DNA from: Acetofilamentum sp.
Lineage (GTDB): Bacteria; Bacteroidota; Bacteroidia; Bacteroidales; DYOH01
Length of the DNA stretch: 64,000 nucleotides
Direction: 5' to 3'
NCBI GenBank assembly: GCA_020720625.1
Contig: DYOH01000001.1
Coordinates: 29,085-93,084, forward strand
Positions within the stretch are counted from its first letter, which is position 1, and each line of letters opens with the position of its first letter. The position numbers were made by a program, and so were the translations under genes. Below are positions 1 through 10,335 of the stretch, in pieces. The notes under the pieces were generated by a model. It saw nothing but the letters and a program-made list of their open reading frames with translations, had not been told where the DNA came from and did no database searches.

Positions 1-123
1 AAATAACAATAATATGAGAGTGCAAACTAAAAAAAAAATACGAAAACCTAATAATCATTTACGAATATTGAAAAATATCTTTATTTTAGAGTTCAAATTC
101 TAACCCTTTAGAAAATATAACTG

Positions 124-1026
124 ATGACAAAAAATGCAATCGCAGTTTTTCTGCTAATGGCGCTGATAATCATAGGCTATAGCTGCAAAAATGATAATAA
201 AAATGCAGATAATAAGCAAGTTACCGACCTCGACGAAGAGTTTAAAACCAGCGGAGGTTTGATAAAGTTGAATGATCGATTATTCTCCATTCCGGCACCC
301 ATGCAAATAAGTAAAATGGTAAAAGAAGCGGGAATAGCTTACAATAGAAATTACCTAAATCCTACCGAATCGTTAAGTAAGTATAGCTCAACATTTAAGC
401 AAGCATTAAATTTGGGTGTTTACGGAGCCGATTTAGGATATTTGAATACTTACGATCAATTACCCGATGCAGCCATGTATTTTGGCGTTGTAAAAGTGCT
501 ATCCAAAGAATTGGGCATACTTGCATCTATCAACCAGGATATGATAAGCCGGTTTGAAGCTAACAAAGAAAATAGAGATTCGGTAATGAGCATAGTATCA
601 AGTATGTATAGAGATGCCGATTCATATTTAATGAATAATGAGCGCAATGAAATAGGCATCATTATTTTAGCAGGCGGATGGATAGAAAGTTTACATTTTC
701 TCACAAAAATAGCCTCCGAAAGCAAATCCGATTTAATAATCAACCGTATTGCCGAGCAAAAATATCCGCTCGACAATCTGATAGAACTAATGCGCCCTTA
801 TTACGGCAAACAATCTGATGAATTTGACGAGCTTTTGGCCGCTTTGGTAGATTTAGCTACAATTTTCGATGGAATTACCGTAAGTTACACCTACGAAGAA
901 CCGGTAACTTATGCGGAAAAGAAACTTACAGTAATAAACAGCACAACCAAAGCCATTATTCAGGATGTTCATTTAGATATGATTACCAAACAATTGCAAC
1001 TAATTAGAGATCTAACAATTAAATAA
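124..1026 (+). CDS. Uncharacterised lipoprotein, predicted helical
   Basis: 300-aa ORF with signal peptide and lipobox GYS-C; first gene of a tight three-gene operon. Confidence 0.8.
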   Translation: MTKNAIAVFLLMALIIIGYSCKNDNKNADNKQVTDLDEEFKTSGGLIKLNDRLFSIPAPMQISKMVKEAGIAYNRNYLNPTESLSKYSSTFKQALNLGVYGADLGYLNTYDQLPDAAMYFGVVKVLSKELGILASINQDMISRFEANKENRDSVMSIVSSMYRDADSYLMNNERNEIGIIILAGGWIESLHFLTKIASESKSDLIINRIAEQKYPLDNLIELMRPYYGKQSDEFDELLAALVDLATIFDGITVSYTYEEPVTYAEKKLTVINSTTKAIIQDVHLDMITKQLQLIRDLTIK

Positions 1027-1053
1027 TAAAAGCACTAGTAAAACTATAGCATA

Positions 1054-1479
1054 ATGATAAAGAAGTACATAAAAAATGGTTTTTTTCTACTAATTCTAAT
1101 TTTTGTGGCCAATCAAACCATTGCTCAGGAAGATGTAACGCTAAGTTTGTGCGATAAGCATCTTAGCATGCCATTTGTTTCGGATGGTCAGCAATATCGT
1201 GCCTTACTAAACGAAGAGGAAGTAGCTGAATTCAGAGTAACTTTTTACGGCGGTTCCACATATCGTATTGTTAGTTGCAGTGGTAAAAAAGACGGACAAC
1301 TTATTTTTACCCTTTACGATAAAGAAAGAAATGTGTTATTCTCAAATCGTGATTATAATAACTCACCATACTGGGATTTTCAGTTTAAAAGCACAGTTGA
1401 TTGTATAATAGAAGCACAATTAGCGCCCACGGCACCTGGTTCGGGGTTTGCTATTTTGCAAATTGGATTTGAAAAATAG
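1054..1479 (+). CDS. Small exported beta-rich hypothetical protein
   Basis: 141 aa, SPI-type signal peptide (TIA-Q), 3 Cys; 27 nt after the previous gene and 12 nt before the next. Confidence 0.75.
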   Translation: MIKKYIKNGFFLLILIFVANQTIAQEDVTLSLCDKHLSMPFVSDGQQYRALLNEEEVAEFRVTFYGGSTYRIVSCSGKKDGQLIFTLYDKERNVLFSNRDYNNSPYWDFQFKSTVDCIIEAQLAPTAPGSGFAILQIGFEK

Positions 1480-1491
1480 CCCATATTTTAA

Positions 1492-4400
1492 ATGAGCGAA
1501 AGGATACTAAAGGCCTTAATGCAATTATTTGCCATTGTTGCAGATCCGAACTCTAATGCAGAGGAAAGACGCGATGTGGTACGCTCATTTTTGATGCAAC
1601 AACTCAACTCTGAGTTGATTGAAGAATATTTGCGCTTATTCGACGATTTTTTTAACGAATACCAGCGAAAAAGAGAACGTTCCACCCGACAAAAACAGCA
1701 AATTTCGGCTAGTTCGGTAAAGGTTATCATGATAGCCACAGTTATTAATGAAGAACTTAGCCAAAAAGAAAAAATAATTGTACTTATTCGCTTACTCGAG
1801 TTTATTAAGAATGATGAAAAAATTTCGGAACAGGAGAGCGAATTTGTAACTACCATTTCCGATACCTTTAATATTCCGCGCTGGCAATACGACGAAATTA
1901 AATCATTTGTTGTTAATTCTTTTGCACAGTTGAGCGATTCAGAAAATATTCTGGTGGCCGATTCGAACACCCTTTTCCCTCAGGCTAAAATTCGTAAACT
2001 ACAAATAGATAATCTAAAGGGCCAAATTCGTGTGTTGAGAATAAGTTTGGCCAATCTCTATATTATGAGATTTATTAGTGAAAACGAAATTTACTTGAAC
2101 AGCCAATTGCTGCAACCCGGCAAAGTATATATTATTTCCACCGGAAACTCTATCAGAAGTTCACACATCAAACCAATCTATTATAGCGATATTGTAAGCA
2201 GTTTTGCACTAGATATTACCAAGCCAAAAGTAGTTTTGGAAGCGATTAATGTGCACTATAAGTTTAAAGGTGGAAAAGTTGGGCTTTATAATGTAAATTT
2301 TCTCGAAAAATCGGGAAATCTGATTGGCATTATGGGTGCTAGCGGCACAGGTAAATCAACCTTGCTAAACGTATTAAACGGAATGGAGGCCCCCACCAAA
2401 GGTGAAGTAGTTATTAATGGAATAAACATACACAAAGAAGCAGATAAAATAGAAGGCATAATAGGCTATGTTTCTCAAGACGATTTATTGATGGAAGACC
2501 TTACTGTATTTGAGAACCTCTACTTTAATGCGAAATTATGTTTTAGCGAACTTACTAATTTTCAGATAATACGTATAGTACTTAAAACACTAAAAAGTTT
2601 GGGCCTTTACGAAGCCAGAAAACTGAAAGTGGGCAGTCCATTGGATAAGAAAATAAGTGGTGGACAAAGAAAACGCTTAAATATAGCCTTAGAGCTAATA
2701 CGCGAACCAGCTGTTTTATTTTTAGACGAGCCCACATCAGGGCTTTCGTCGCGCGATTCGCAAAACATTCTGGATTTGCTCAAAGAACTGGCGCTTAAGG
2801 GAAAAATGGTTTTTGTAGTGATACATCAACCTTCGTCCGAAATTTTTAAAATGTTCGACCGACTTCTGATACTCGATCAGGGCGGTTATTTGATATATAA
2901 CGGAGATCCGGTAGATTCAATAGTATACTTTAAATCGCGCATACATCAGGCCAATTGGAACGAGAGCGAGTGTACAAGTTGCGGTAATGTAAATGTTGAA
3001 CAAATTTTTAATATCGTTGAATCTAATGTAATCGACGAATACGGAAGTTTTACGCAAACCCGTAAAATTTCGCCATCGGAATGGTATACTTTTTTTCGGG
3101 AATATAAGAGTAAGGAGCGTAAACGCTCTGTTTTAGTGCGCGATTTGCCCGAACTTTCGTTTAAAATTCCGAATTGGTTTAAACAGCTTAAAGTATTCAT
3201 ACAGAGAGATGTACTTTCGAAACTCGCCAACAGACAATACATGATAATTAATTTGGCAGAGGCACCTCTCTTGGCATTTCTTTTGGCATATATTATTAAG
3301 TACTATAGTGTTGATGTAGCCAATGTATACGGCTATACCATGGGCGATAACATGAATTTACCGGTTTATCTTTTTATGTCGGTAATTGTAGGTCTGTTTA
3401 TTGGGCTTACGGTAAGTGCACAAGAGATAATAAAAGATCAACGCATTTTGCGGCGCGAACGATTTCTAAATCTCAGCCGGTCTAGCTATCTGAGCTCCAA
3501 AATTTTTATACTTTTTGTCATATCGGCTTATCAATCACTTGTTTTTGTGTTGGTTGGAAACTCTATTATGGAAATTAACGATATGTATGCGGAGTATTGG
3601 TTAATGCTATTTTCCACTTGGGCCTTCGCAAATTTGCTTGGTTTAAATATTTCAGATAGTTTTACAACATCGGTAACCATTCATATTTTAATACCGTTTT
3701 TGCTCATTCCTCAGCTTATTCTAAGTGGTATAATTGTTAAGTACGATAATCTAAATCCACGGATAAGCGGGCCTAGTACCATTCCATGGTACGGAGAGCT
3801 TATTACAGCTCGTTGGGCCTACGAAGGTCTTGCTGTTTACCAGTTTACACACAACAAATACGAAAAGCTTTTTTACGATTTTAATAAGCAAATGAGCCAA
3901 GCTGAGTACAAGAAAAATTATTGGCTTAAAACTCTGGAAAATAAGCTTTTAGATATTAAGCGAAATTATCCATTGGTACAAGACAAAAGGTTGGTAGAAA
4001 AAGATTTAGAAGTATTGCGCAATGAAATAGCCAATGAACTTAAAGAGAATTATAGTAAAAAAATTAGGCCAGAAGATATTTATTACGATAATTATACGCC
4101 ACTATTAGAGGCTCAAATAAAGAGTTATTTTGAATTGCTCAAAAAGCATTACATCAATTTAAATAATGATGCTCGTAGGAAAAAGGATAATATTGTAAAT
4201 GCCAGGGAGGCTACACCGGAAAGCAGAGAAGAATTTGTGCTGCTTAAGAAACAAAATTTCAATAGTCGTTTGGCCGATTTCCTTACCAATAGCGACGATA
4301 TTCGTAATGTAATAGAATATAATGGTCATTTATATCAAAAAAGCGACCCAATATACCAAGATCCAACCCGAAAATTTATAAAGGCACATTTTTATACTCC

Positions 4401-4572
4401 CGAGAAAAGAATATTTACCTTGCGTGTACATACTTTCTGGATGAACATCATTGTAATTTGGATTTCAATCCTTACTCTTTATGTTGCACTGTATTACGGA
4501 TGGTTAAAAAGGATGATAAATATGGGTGGTTATCTGATTGCAAGAATAAAAGAAAAGTTTAACCTGAATTAA
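1492..4572 (+). CDS. ABCG/White-type fused ABC transporter (NBD before TMD) with N-terminal TerB-like and degenerate FHA-like regions
   Basis: Walker A GASGTGKS, signature ISGGQRKR, Walker B LFLDEPTSGL, H-loop VIHQP, then multiple TM helices; the N-terminal domain calls are by eye. Confidence 0.88.
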   Translation: MSERILKALMQLFAIVADPNSNAEERRDVVRSFLMQQLNSELIEEYLRLFDDFFNEYQRKRERSTRQKQQISASSVKVIMIATVINEELSQKEKIIVLIRLLEFIKNDEKISEQESEFVTTISDTFNIPRWQYDEIKSFVVNSFAQLSDSENILVADSNTLFPQAKIRKLQIDNLKGQIRVLRISLANLYIMRFISENEIYLNSQLLQPGKVYIISTGNSIRSSHIKPIYYSDIVSSFALDITKPKVVLEAINVHYKFKGGKVGLYNVNFLEKSGNLIGIMGASGTGKSTLLNVLNGMEAPTKGEVVINGINIHKEADKIEGIIGYVSQDDLLMEDLTVFENLYFNAKLCFSELTNFQIIRIVLKTLKSLGLYEARKLKVGSPLDKKISGGQRKRLNIALELIREPAVLFLDEPTSGLSSRDSQNILDLLKELALKGKMVFVVIHQPSSEIFKMFDRLLILDQGGYLIYNGDPVDSIVYFKSRIHQANWNESECTSCGNVNVEQIFNIVESNVIDEYGSFTQTRKISPSEWYTFFREYKSKERKRSVLVRDLPELSFKIPNWFKQLKVFIQRDVLSKLANRQYMIINLAEAPLLAFLLAYIIKYYSVDVANVYGYTMGDNMNLPVYLFMSVIVGLFIGLTVSAQEIIKDQRILRRERFLNLSRSSYLSSKIFILFVISAYQSLVFVLVGNSIMEINDMYAEYWLMLFSTWAFANLLGLNISDSFTTSVTIHILIPFLLIPQLILSGIIVKYDNLNPRISGPSTIPWYGELITARWAYEGLAVYQFTHNKYEKLFYDFNKQMSQAEYKKNYWLKTLENKLLDIKRNYPLVQDKRLVEKDLEVLRNEIANELKENYSKKIRPEDIYYDNYTPLLEAQIKSYFELLKKHYINLNNDARRKKDNIVNAREATPESREEFVLLKKQNFNSRLADFLTNSDDIRNVIEYNGHLYQKSDPIYQDPTRKFIKAHFYTPEKRIFTLRVHTFWMNIIVIWISILTLYVALYYGWLKRMINMGGYLIARIKEKFNLN

Positions 4573-4617
4573 ATCAGATTAAACTAATAAAGAAAATAAT
4601 TTATTTATTGAAAGAAT

Positions 4618-5001
4618 TTAATCGTTAATTTCAATCATTTTGAACGGAATGTGCAAAATCGACTGATAATCTTCGCCGGCTTCGAGCATGTCTTCATCAT
4701 CTTCTTCGTAATACCAGTTTATTGTAACCTGACTTTTTTCAGATTTGCTGATACTCTCTAGTTTTTTAAAAACATCAAGAATACACTTAGAAGAACTGGT
4801 ATTAAAGTACTCTAATTGAATATTTACTTCAGTTTTATCAGATGGACTCTTTCCATATTCTTCCAACCAATCAACCATCGGCTTATAAAACTCAATTGAG
4901 TTTTCCGGAATTGAGCGACCCTTAATTTCTAACTTGCCGGATTCGGCATTAAAAGTAATAGTCGGGGTTTTGGGTGTTCCTTCAATTAATATTGGCTCCA
5001 T
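4618..5001 (-). CDS. siaC: SiaC family regulatory phosphoprotein (DUF1987)
   Basis: TPxITF...GRSIPEN...LEYFNTSSSK...INWYYEEDDEDMLEAGEDY motifs, including the phospho-acceptor Thr in NTSS. Confidence 0.9.
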   Translation of the reverse strand: MEPILIEGTPKTPTITFNAESGKLEIKGRSIPENSIEFYKPMVDWLEEYGKSPSDKTEVNIQLEYFNTSSSKCILDVFKKLESISKSEKSQVTINWYYEEDDEDMLEAGEDYQSILHIPFKMIEIND

Positions 5002-5043
5002 TATTATTTATTTTAAAAAGCTTTACTTATAAATTTTACATAT

Positions 5044-5586
5044 TTAATCTGCAATCAAAACACTTAGACTAAAAAAAGAGTATTCCTGATTGTAATTAAT
5101 AAATTCGTATTCAAGTTTATTACCTGATTTACGCGCAATGTCTATCATTCCTAAACCACCACCACCTTTGGGCGAAAATTCCTCGTTATTAAGAATCATT
5201 TTATAGAGTGATTTTAGTTCTTCTTTGTTTAAGTAATTTATTTGGTCTAATCGGTCTTTAATCATTTTTACCCTGCTTCTTCTTACAAAGTTTCCGGTAT
5301 TTATTTTATAACCTTCACCATATCTTGAGACTACAAATATAGCAAAATTTTTATCCAAATTTATATCCGAGGGTGCTTCATCAATATGATGATAAAGATT
5401 TTGCAAGGATTCTACTAAAACATTATAAACCTTCTTTTTTACCTTACTATCTTCATTGGTTTGTTCTAGCCTGTCTTCCAGCGAAGAGAGAACGTTTGTA
5501 ATGAGCTCAGCAGTTATTTCTCCCTGATAAGTCATTATTACATTTCCTTTTGTAGCCTTAGTAAACCAAGTGTTTAAATCAAACAT
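5044..5586 (-). CDS. siaB: SiaB family protein kinase (GHKL-like)
   Basis: ESLQNLYHH N-box and GGGGLGMIDIARKSG G-box; directly upstream of siaC; start set at the ATG at 5586. Confidence 0.88.
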   Translation of the reverse strand: MFDLNTWFTKATKGNVIMTYQGEITAELITNVLSSLEDRLEQTNEDSKVKKKVYNVLVESLQNLYHHIDEAPSDINLDKNFAIFVVSRYGEGYKINTGNFVRRSRVKMIKDRLDQINYLNKEELKSLYKMILNNEEFSPKGGGGLGMIDIARKSGNKLEYEFINYNQEYSFFSLSVLIAD

Positions 5587-5655
5587 GATTGCTCTCTTCT
5601 TATTAAACAAATTTATACTAAAATTTTCAAAAATCAAACCATATTTACTAAAACC

Positions 5656-6786
5656 TTAATATAAATCGTAATTATTAAAACTACATTCAATAGATGCGTT
5701 TAATAAATTTATTTTACGAACCGGTTTAAGCGCAAAACTTTTAAATGATTTTGATTTTGGAGCTAATACCCAAGCATTAAATTGTTTAAAATTATTTTTC
5801 AGCACATCGCTCACTGTTTTGTAAAATTCTTCTGCCTCATTTATTTCCACCCTTATATCGTAAGGTAAATTCATTACAATTAATCCGGGTTCCGATGGTG
5901 TTTCAATTTTTTCAAATTTTTGCTTGCTAAGTGTAATAAAATCGCTTAAACCTGCGGCATAAATATTTGTTGAAGCTTCTGAAATGGCTACAGGCGATTG
6001 GTCTGATGCCCATATAGATTTTAAGGGTTTATGTCTTTTACTATTGGCTTTTTGTACTATTTCCTGCCACAATTTTTTGTCGAAATTTGGCCAATGGAAA
6101 AACCCAAAATCCTTGCGGAAAGCCCCTGGTGGTGTTTCGGTGGCAATAAGGCCGGCCTCGATGGCTAGTGTTCCTGAGCCACTCATAAAGTCGTAAAATG
6201 CTTGTTTGCCGGTATAGCCTGCCATTATGAGCATGGCGGCAGCAAGTGTTTCGTTTAGCGGGGCTATACCTTGTTTGTGTCTGTAATTTCTTTTATTTAA
6301 GGTTTCGCCCGAAGAATTTAGCGATAAGGTAACACTTTTATTTTTTATATGCACATTAAATTCAAAATCAGGTTTCTCCGTATTTACGTCGGGTCTTTTT
6401 CCGGTATTTTTCCTAATTCTATCCACAATAGCATCTTTCACTTTTAGGGCTGCATATTGCGAATGATTAAAATATACGCTATAGCTTGTGGCATGTACTG
6501 AAATGGTGTTGCTGGGCAGAATTAAATCCTCCCATGCGTATTCTAATATCTTATTATAGAGTGTGTTTACATTGTCTGCTTCGAACTCCAGTATAGGAAT
6601 AATGATACTTAGCGCTGTTCTTAACTCCAGATTTGCTTTATAGAGCAATGCCAAATCTGCTTCGAAACTTACGGCCCTTTTTAATATTTCGGTTTCTACC
6701 CCCAATGTTGTTTTCATCTCCGAGGAGAGCGTATTTTCTAAACCCTGAAGGGTTTTTACAATACATTTAAATTTCGATGCAAGCAC
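5656..6786 (-). CDS. THUMP-domain class I SAM-dependent RNA methyltransferase (RlmL/UPF0020-like)
   Basis: KVKDAIVD, LNKRNYR, APLNETLAAA, SAM motif DFMSGSGT, motif IV NLPY. Confidence 0.88.
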   Translation of the reverse strand: MLASKFKCIVKTLQGLENTLSSEMKTTLGVETEILKRAVSFEADLALLYKANLELRTALSIIIPILEFEADNVNTLYNKILEYAWEDLILPSNTISVHATSYSVYFNHSQYAALKVKDAIVDRIRKNTGKRPDVNTEKPDFEFNVHIKNKSVTLSLNSSGETLNKRNYRHKQGIAPLNETLAAAMLIMAGYTGKQAFYDFMSGSGTLAIEAGLIATETPPGAFRKDFGFFHWPNFDKKLWQEIVQKANSKRHKPLKSIWASDQSPVAISEASTNIYAAGLSDFITLSKQKFEKIETPSEPGLIVMNLPYDIRVEINEAEEFYKTVSDVLKNNFKQFNAWVLAPKSKSFKSFALKPVRKINLLNASIECSFNNYDLY

Positions 6787-6787
6787 T

Positions 6788-8713
6788 TTAGTCTAATTTT
6801 ATAAATTTTCGTCTATATTGTTTTTCTTTGCTTCTGATGTTTATGATATAGATACCAGTTTTCAGATTGCTAATATCGATATTTTGCTCGTTATTTACAA
6901 AATTAGCTTGATGTATTTGTGTTATCTTGCCACTTTGATTTATTATCTCGATACTTTCAACCATTATATTTTTATCTAATATATTTAAATACAATAATTT
7001 GTTTGTTGGGTTTGGGTATAAATTGAATTCATTGTAATACTGTTCCTTGTGCTGAAAGATGTTGTTTGACGTTATTGGAATATTGGTTTTTGTGGTGTTA
7101 TTTTGGCAAAATGGGTTTGACACCGTTAGCGACACTTCATAAGTACCATTGCTTGTATATTGATGGTTTGGATTTTTTTCAATAGAAAACATACCGTCGC
7201 CAAAACTCCATGAATAGCTATTTAGCATAAGCTCCGGAAAACTTTTGTTTTGAAAGTTTACTACGTTGGCATCGGTGGTATAACTAAAATCGGCGTAAAG
7301 ACTTTCTTTTAGCGAGATAATTAATGAATCGGAACTTGGACCGTTGCCACAGCTATTCACTGCTCTTACGGCAAGACGCACTGTGCCCATATAATCATCT
7401 GTCCAGTTTACTGTGGTAAAATAATTATCGCTAAGCACAAGGCCCGCATTGGCTGGTACCATTATCCATTGATAATAATTAGCATTTTGTACCTCAGCAC
7501 TTTCGTAATCGGTATTTATTGCATTTATACACATTTCGCTTACGCCGGCAGGCTGGGGCATTTTTTCTGGTTTGCGTATGTATAATACTTTTAGAGAATC
7601 GCTTAAAGGGCTTATGCCACAAATATTTGATGCAGAAACGTAAATGGATGAAAATCCTTGGTTTGCACTATTCCAATAGGCGTTTCCGCTTTTGCTTATG
7701 CCTTCCATTGTGGCTGCTGTATCGGGAGATATATACCATTGATAGCGGGTTGCTTCATCACTTTCTCCAACGGTATAAACCGAATAGTCTTTACCTTCGC
7801 AAATTACAGTATCGCCTATAATTTTTCCGGGTTTGGGTGGAATTATGTTTAGGTAGGCTTTCAAGGGTGATGATTTTTCGCTTATTCCGCATATATTTCC
7901 TGCTTGCACGAAAACTTCAAATTCTTTTCGAAAATCTTTTTTCCATTTGATTTTTAGGCTATCGTTATGATTTGTCAATATTCCTGCATCCAAGGGTTCG
8001 AGTGTCCAATTGTAATATGTTGCATTATAAGAACCTCCGGTAAAAAATGAATGCACAGAATCATTCAGGCAATAGTAGTCTTCTCCCGAAGGTATGGGGG
8101 GCGCGAATGGAATGTCAATCATTCTTAATACTTTAATTGGCGAACTGTTGCTCGAGCCACAGGTATTGGACGCAGTTACATTTATGGTGATATCACCGTC
8201 ATAGTCGGTATAAATGTGCAAAATGGCAGTGGTATCGCTGGCGCTAATATAAGATGAATTTACAGGACTGATGCTCCATTGGTAAGTTTCGGCATTTTCC
8301 TGGCTATTAATGTAAAAATTGGCTGTTGTTGCTCCAATGCATAACAGCGAATCGCCAATGGGCATAATAGGGGTATTTGGCAAACCTATTATGCTGATAA
8401 ACAGGGTGTCGGATGAATTGCTTGAACCAAAACTATTCGTTGCTGTAACGCTAAGTTTGGCTATTCCGCTGTATTCTTCGGAGAAATCGATGTAAACTGA
8501 AGTATCTTGTGCGCGTAAACTCCCCGCTTCTGATGGAATAAGGCTCCAGATATAAGATGTAGCATTCAAAACGCTTCTTGTTGTATAGCGCGTATCTGCA
8601 TTAATGTTGCATAAACTCGATTTACCGATTGGTTGACTTGGTTTTGCCGGAACCTGCGCTTTTATTTGTATTGTCCAAACTACCAATAATATACTCATAA
8701 AAAATTTTGTCAT
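6788..8713 (-). CDS. T9SS-secreted protein with five PKD-like repeats, one canonical PKD domain and a type A CTD
   Basis: Signal peptide; five ~90-aa repeats; WSFGDG...NPNHQY...GTYEVSLTV; C-terminal LYPNPT...GIYIINI...KFIK. Confidence 0.88.
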   Translation of the reverse strand: MTKFFMSILLVVWTIQIKAQVPAKPSQPIGKSSLCNINADTRYTTRSVLNATSYIWSLIPSEAGSLRAQDTSVYIDFSEEYSGIAKLSVTATNSFGSSNSSDTLFISIIGLPNTPIMPIGDSLLCIGATTANFYINSQENAETYQWSISPVNSSYISASDTTAILHIYTDYDGDITINVTASNTCGSSNSSPIKVLRMIDIPFAPPIPSGEDYYCLNDSVHSFFTGGSYNATYYNWTLEPLDAGILTNHNDSLKIKWKKDFRKEFEVFVQAGNICGISEKSSPLKAYLNIIPPKPGKIIGDTVICEGKDYSVYTVGESDEATRYQWYISPDTAATMEGISKSGNAYWNSANQGFSSIYVSASNICGISPLSDSLKVLYIRKPEKMPQPAGVSEMCINAINTDYESAEVQNANYYQWIMVPANAGLVLSDNYFTTVNWTDDYMGTVRLAVRAVNSCGNGPSSDSLIISLKESLYADFSYTTDANVVNFQNKSFPELMLNSYSWSFGDGMFSIEKNPNHQYTSNGTYEVSLTVSNPFCQNNTTKTNIPITSNNIFQHKEQYYNEFNLYPNPTNKLLYLNILDKNIMVESIEIINQSGKITQIHQANFVNNEQNIDISNLKTGIYIINIRSKEKQYRRKFIKLD

Positions 8714-8834
8714 CTGTTTGTCATTTTTTTTGATAAGCTAAATATATACTTTGCGATACTATTCTGAACTAACTATGATTTATTTTTTTTCAATTGGCTG
8801 ATTTTGTGTTTTTTCTATTTTTGCGGCTAGATAC

Positions 8835-9410
8835 CTAATGTTGGTTTAATATATATTTATTTATTACTGCGTAAGATACCGAAATATTTTGAAGAATGCT
8901 TTCAAATAAGCAAAAATGATTGATATGCACTTGCCCGAAAACTTCATTTTTATGATAATCCAAAGTTTTCTTTAAAGATAATGAATCTGGAGGTGAATAA
9001 AAGCGTGCTATGGTTAAATGTGCCTTAAAATCTGGCGGAAATGGAATATTTCCGGATATGGCCAAAACCTTATGAATATTTGTTGCTAATTCAGCTAAAG
9101 TTTCGCTAGCACTAATTCCAAGCCAAAGAACTTTGGCATTTCTGATATTTGGAAAAATGCCCAAGCCACTAATTATTAGGTCGAATTCGGCAATATGCAA
9201 ATGGCTTGTTTGAAGTAGCTCAGCAATTTTATTTACTTCATTTATGGGAGTTTCTCCAATAAATGAAATCGTTAGATGATAATTTGCTTGAGCTACCCAC
9301 TTTGCTTTAAAATGTGCTGTTTCTAGCTTGATTCGTTCAATATGCTCAAGCGTATTTTCATCAAGAATTAAAGGTATGCCAACAAATATTCTTTTAACTA
9401 TTTGATCCAT
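8835..9410 (-). CDS. thpR: RNA 2',3'-cyclic phosphodiesterase (2H phosphoesterase)
   Basis: Two HLT motifs (YHLTISFIG, AHLTIAR), RIFVGI, KVLWLG. Confidence 0.88.
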   Translation of the reverse strand: MDQIVKRIFVGIPLILDENTLEHIERIKLETAHFKAKWVAQANYHLTISFIGETPINEVNKIAELLQTSHLHIAEFDLIISGLGIFPNIRNAKVLWLGISASETLAELATNIHKVLAISGNIPFPPDFKAHLTIARFYSPPDSLSLKKTLDYHKNEVFGQVHINHFCLFESILQNISVSYAVINKYILNQH

Positions 9411-10335
9411 AGGTGTTATAAAATTTTCCCTGAAAAAGTCCTTGTCTAATCATTTCATTCTCAATTAAATGAACTATTTGATAGTTTTTCAATCTACCCC
9501 ATTTGGGGGCAATGAGCAAATTTCCTGGCGATTCTGATGTAAACCTTTCAATTACAATATCTTCTCTTAGAAATGAAACAAATCTGGCCACAAATTCCAC
9601 ATATTCTTCCATTCCGAATAATTGATATTCAGATTTGTTTAGCAGATAATCTTGCGCCATTTTAGTGCCCCTAATAATTTGTAATTGATGAATTTTTAAA
9701 AAATAAATAGGCAGTTGTGCAATTTTTTTAGCATGTTCGAGCATTTCGGCTCTCGATTCGCCGGGGAGACCGAGAATAATATGCCCGCCCGTTTTTATTC
9801 CGTATTTCTTTGCTAATTCAAAGGCTTCAATAGTTTCGGCAAAAGTTTGCGCTCTGTTTATTCGTTCTAAGGTTTTATCGGAAGTAGATTCAATACCAAA
9901 CTCAAGTACCAGATGGTTTTTTTGGCTAAGTTCGGCTAAGTATTCCATAATTTCAAGGCTCACACAATCGGGGCGAGTGCCAATAATTAATCCGCTTATT
10001 TTGGGGTGGGCAAGTGCTTCTCCGTATTTTTCCCGAAGAATATTCAAAGGTGCATAGGTATTTGAATATGCTTGAAAATAAGCTAGGTATTGCTGATTCG
10101 GATATTTTTGTTCGAAAAATGCGATACCTTCATTTAGTTGTTGAGTTATGCTTTTACTCGAGTTGCAATAAAAGGGATTAAACGAATTATTGTTGCAATA
10201 GGTGCAACCTCCGCGTGCTTTAAATCCATCTCTGTTAGGGCATGTAAATCCTGCATCGAGCGATATTTTCTGATATCTTTCAGCAAAATTGTTTTTAATA
10301 TAATTGGTATAAGAATTATAAATGACTTTTTGCAT
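9394..10335 (-). CDS. TIGR01212 (YhcC-like) radical SAM protein
   Basis: FTCPNRDG...GGCTYCNN, YFQAYSNTYA, GTRPDC, HIILGLPGE. Confidence 0.92.
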   Translation of the reverse strand: MQKVIYNSYTNYIKNNFAERYQKISLDAGFTCPNRDGFKARGGCTYCNNNSFNPFYCNSSKSITQQLNEGIAFFEQKYPNQQYLAYFQAYSNTYAPLNILREKYGEALAHPKISGLIIGTRPDCVSLEIMEYLAELSQKNHLVLEFGIESTSDKTLERINRAQTFAETIEAFELAKKYGIKTGGHIILGLPGESRAEMLEHAKKIAQLPIYFLKIHQLQIIRGTKMAQDYLLNKSEYQLFGMEEYVEFVARFVSFLREDIVIERFTSESPGNLLIAPKWGRLKNYQIVHLIENEMIRQGLFQGKFYNTYGSNS

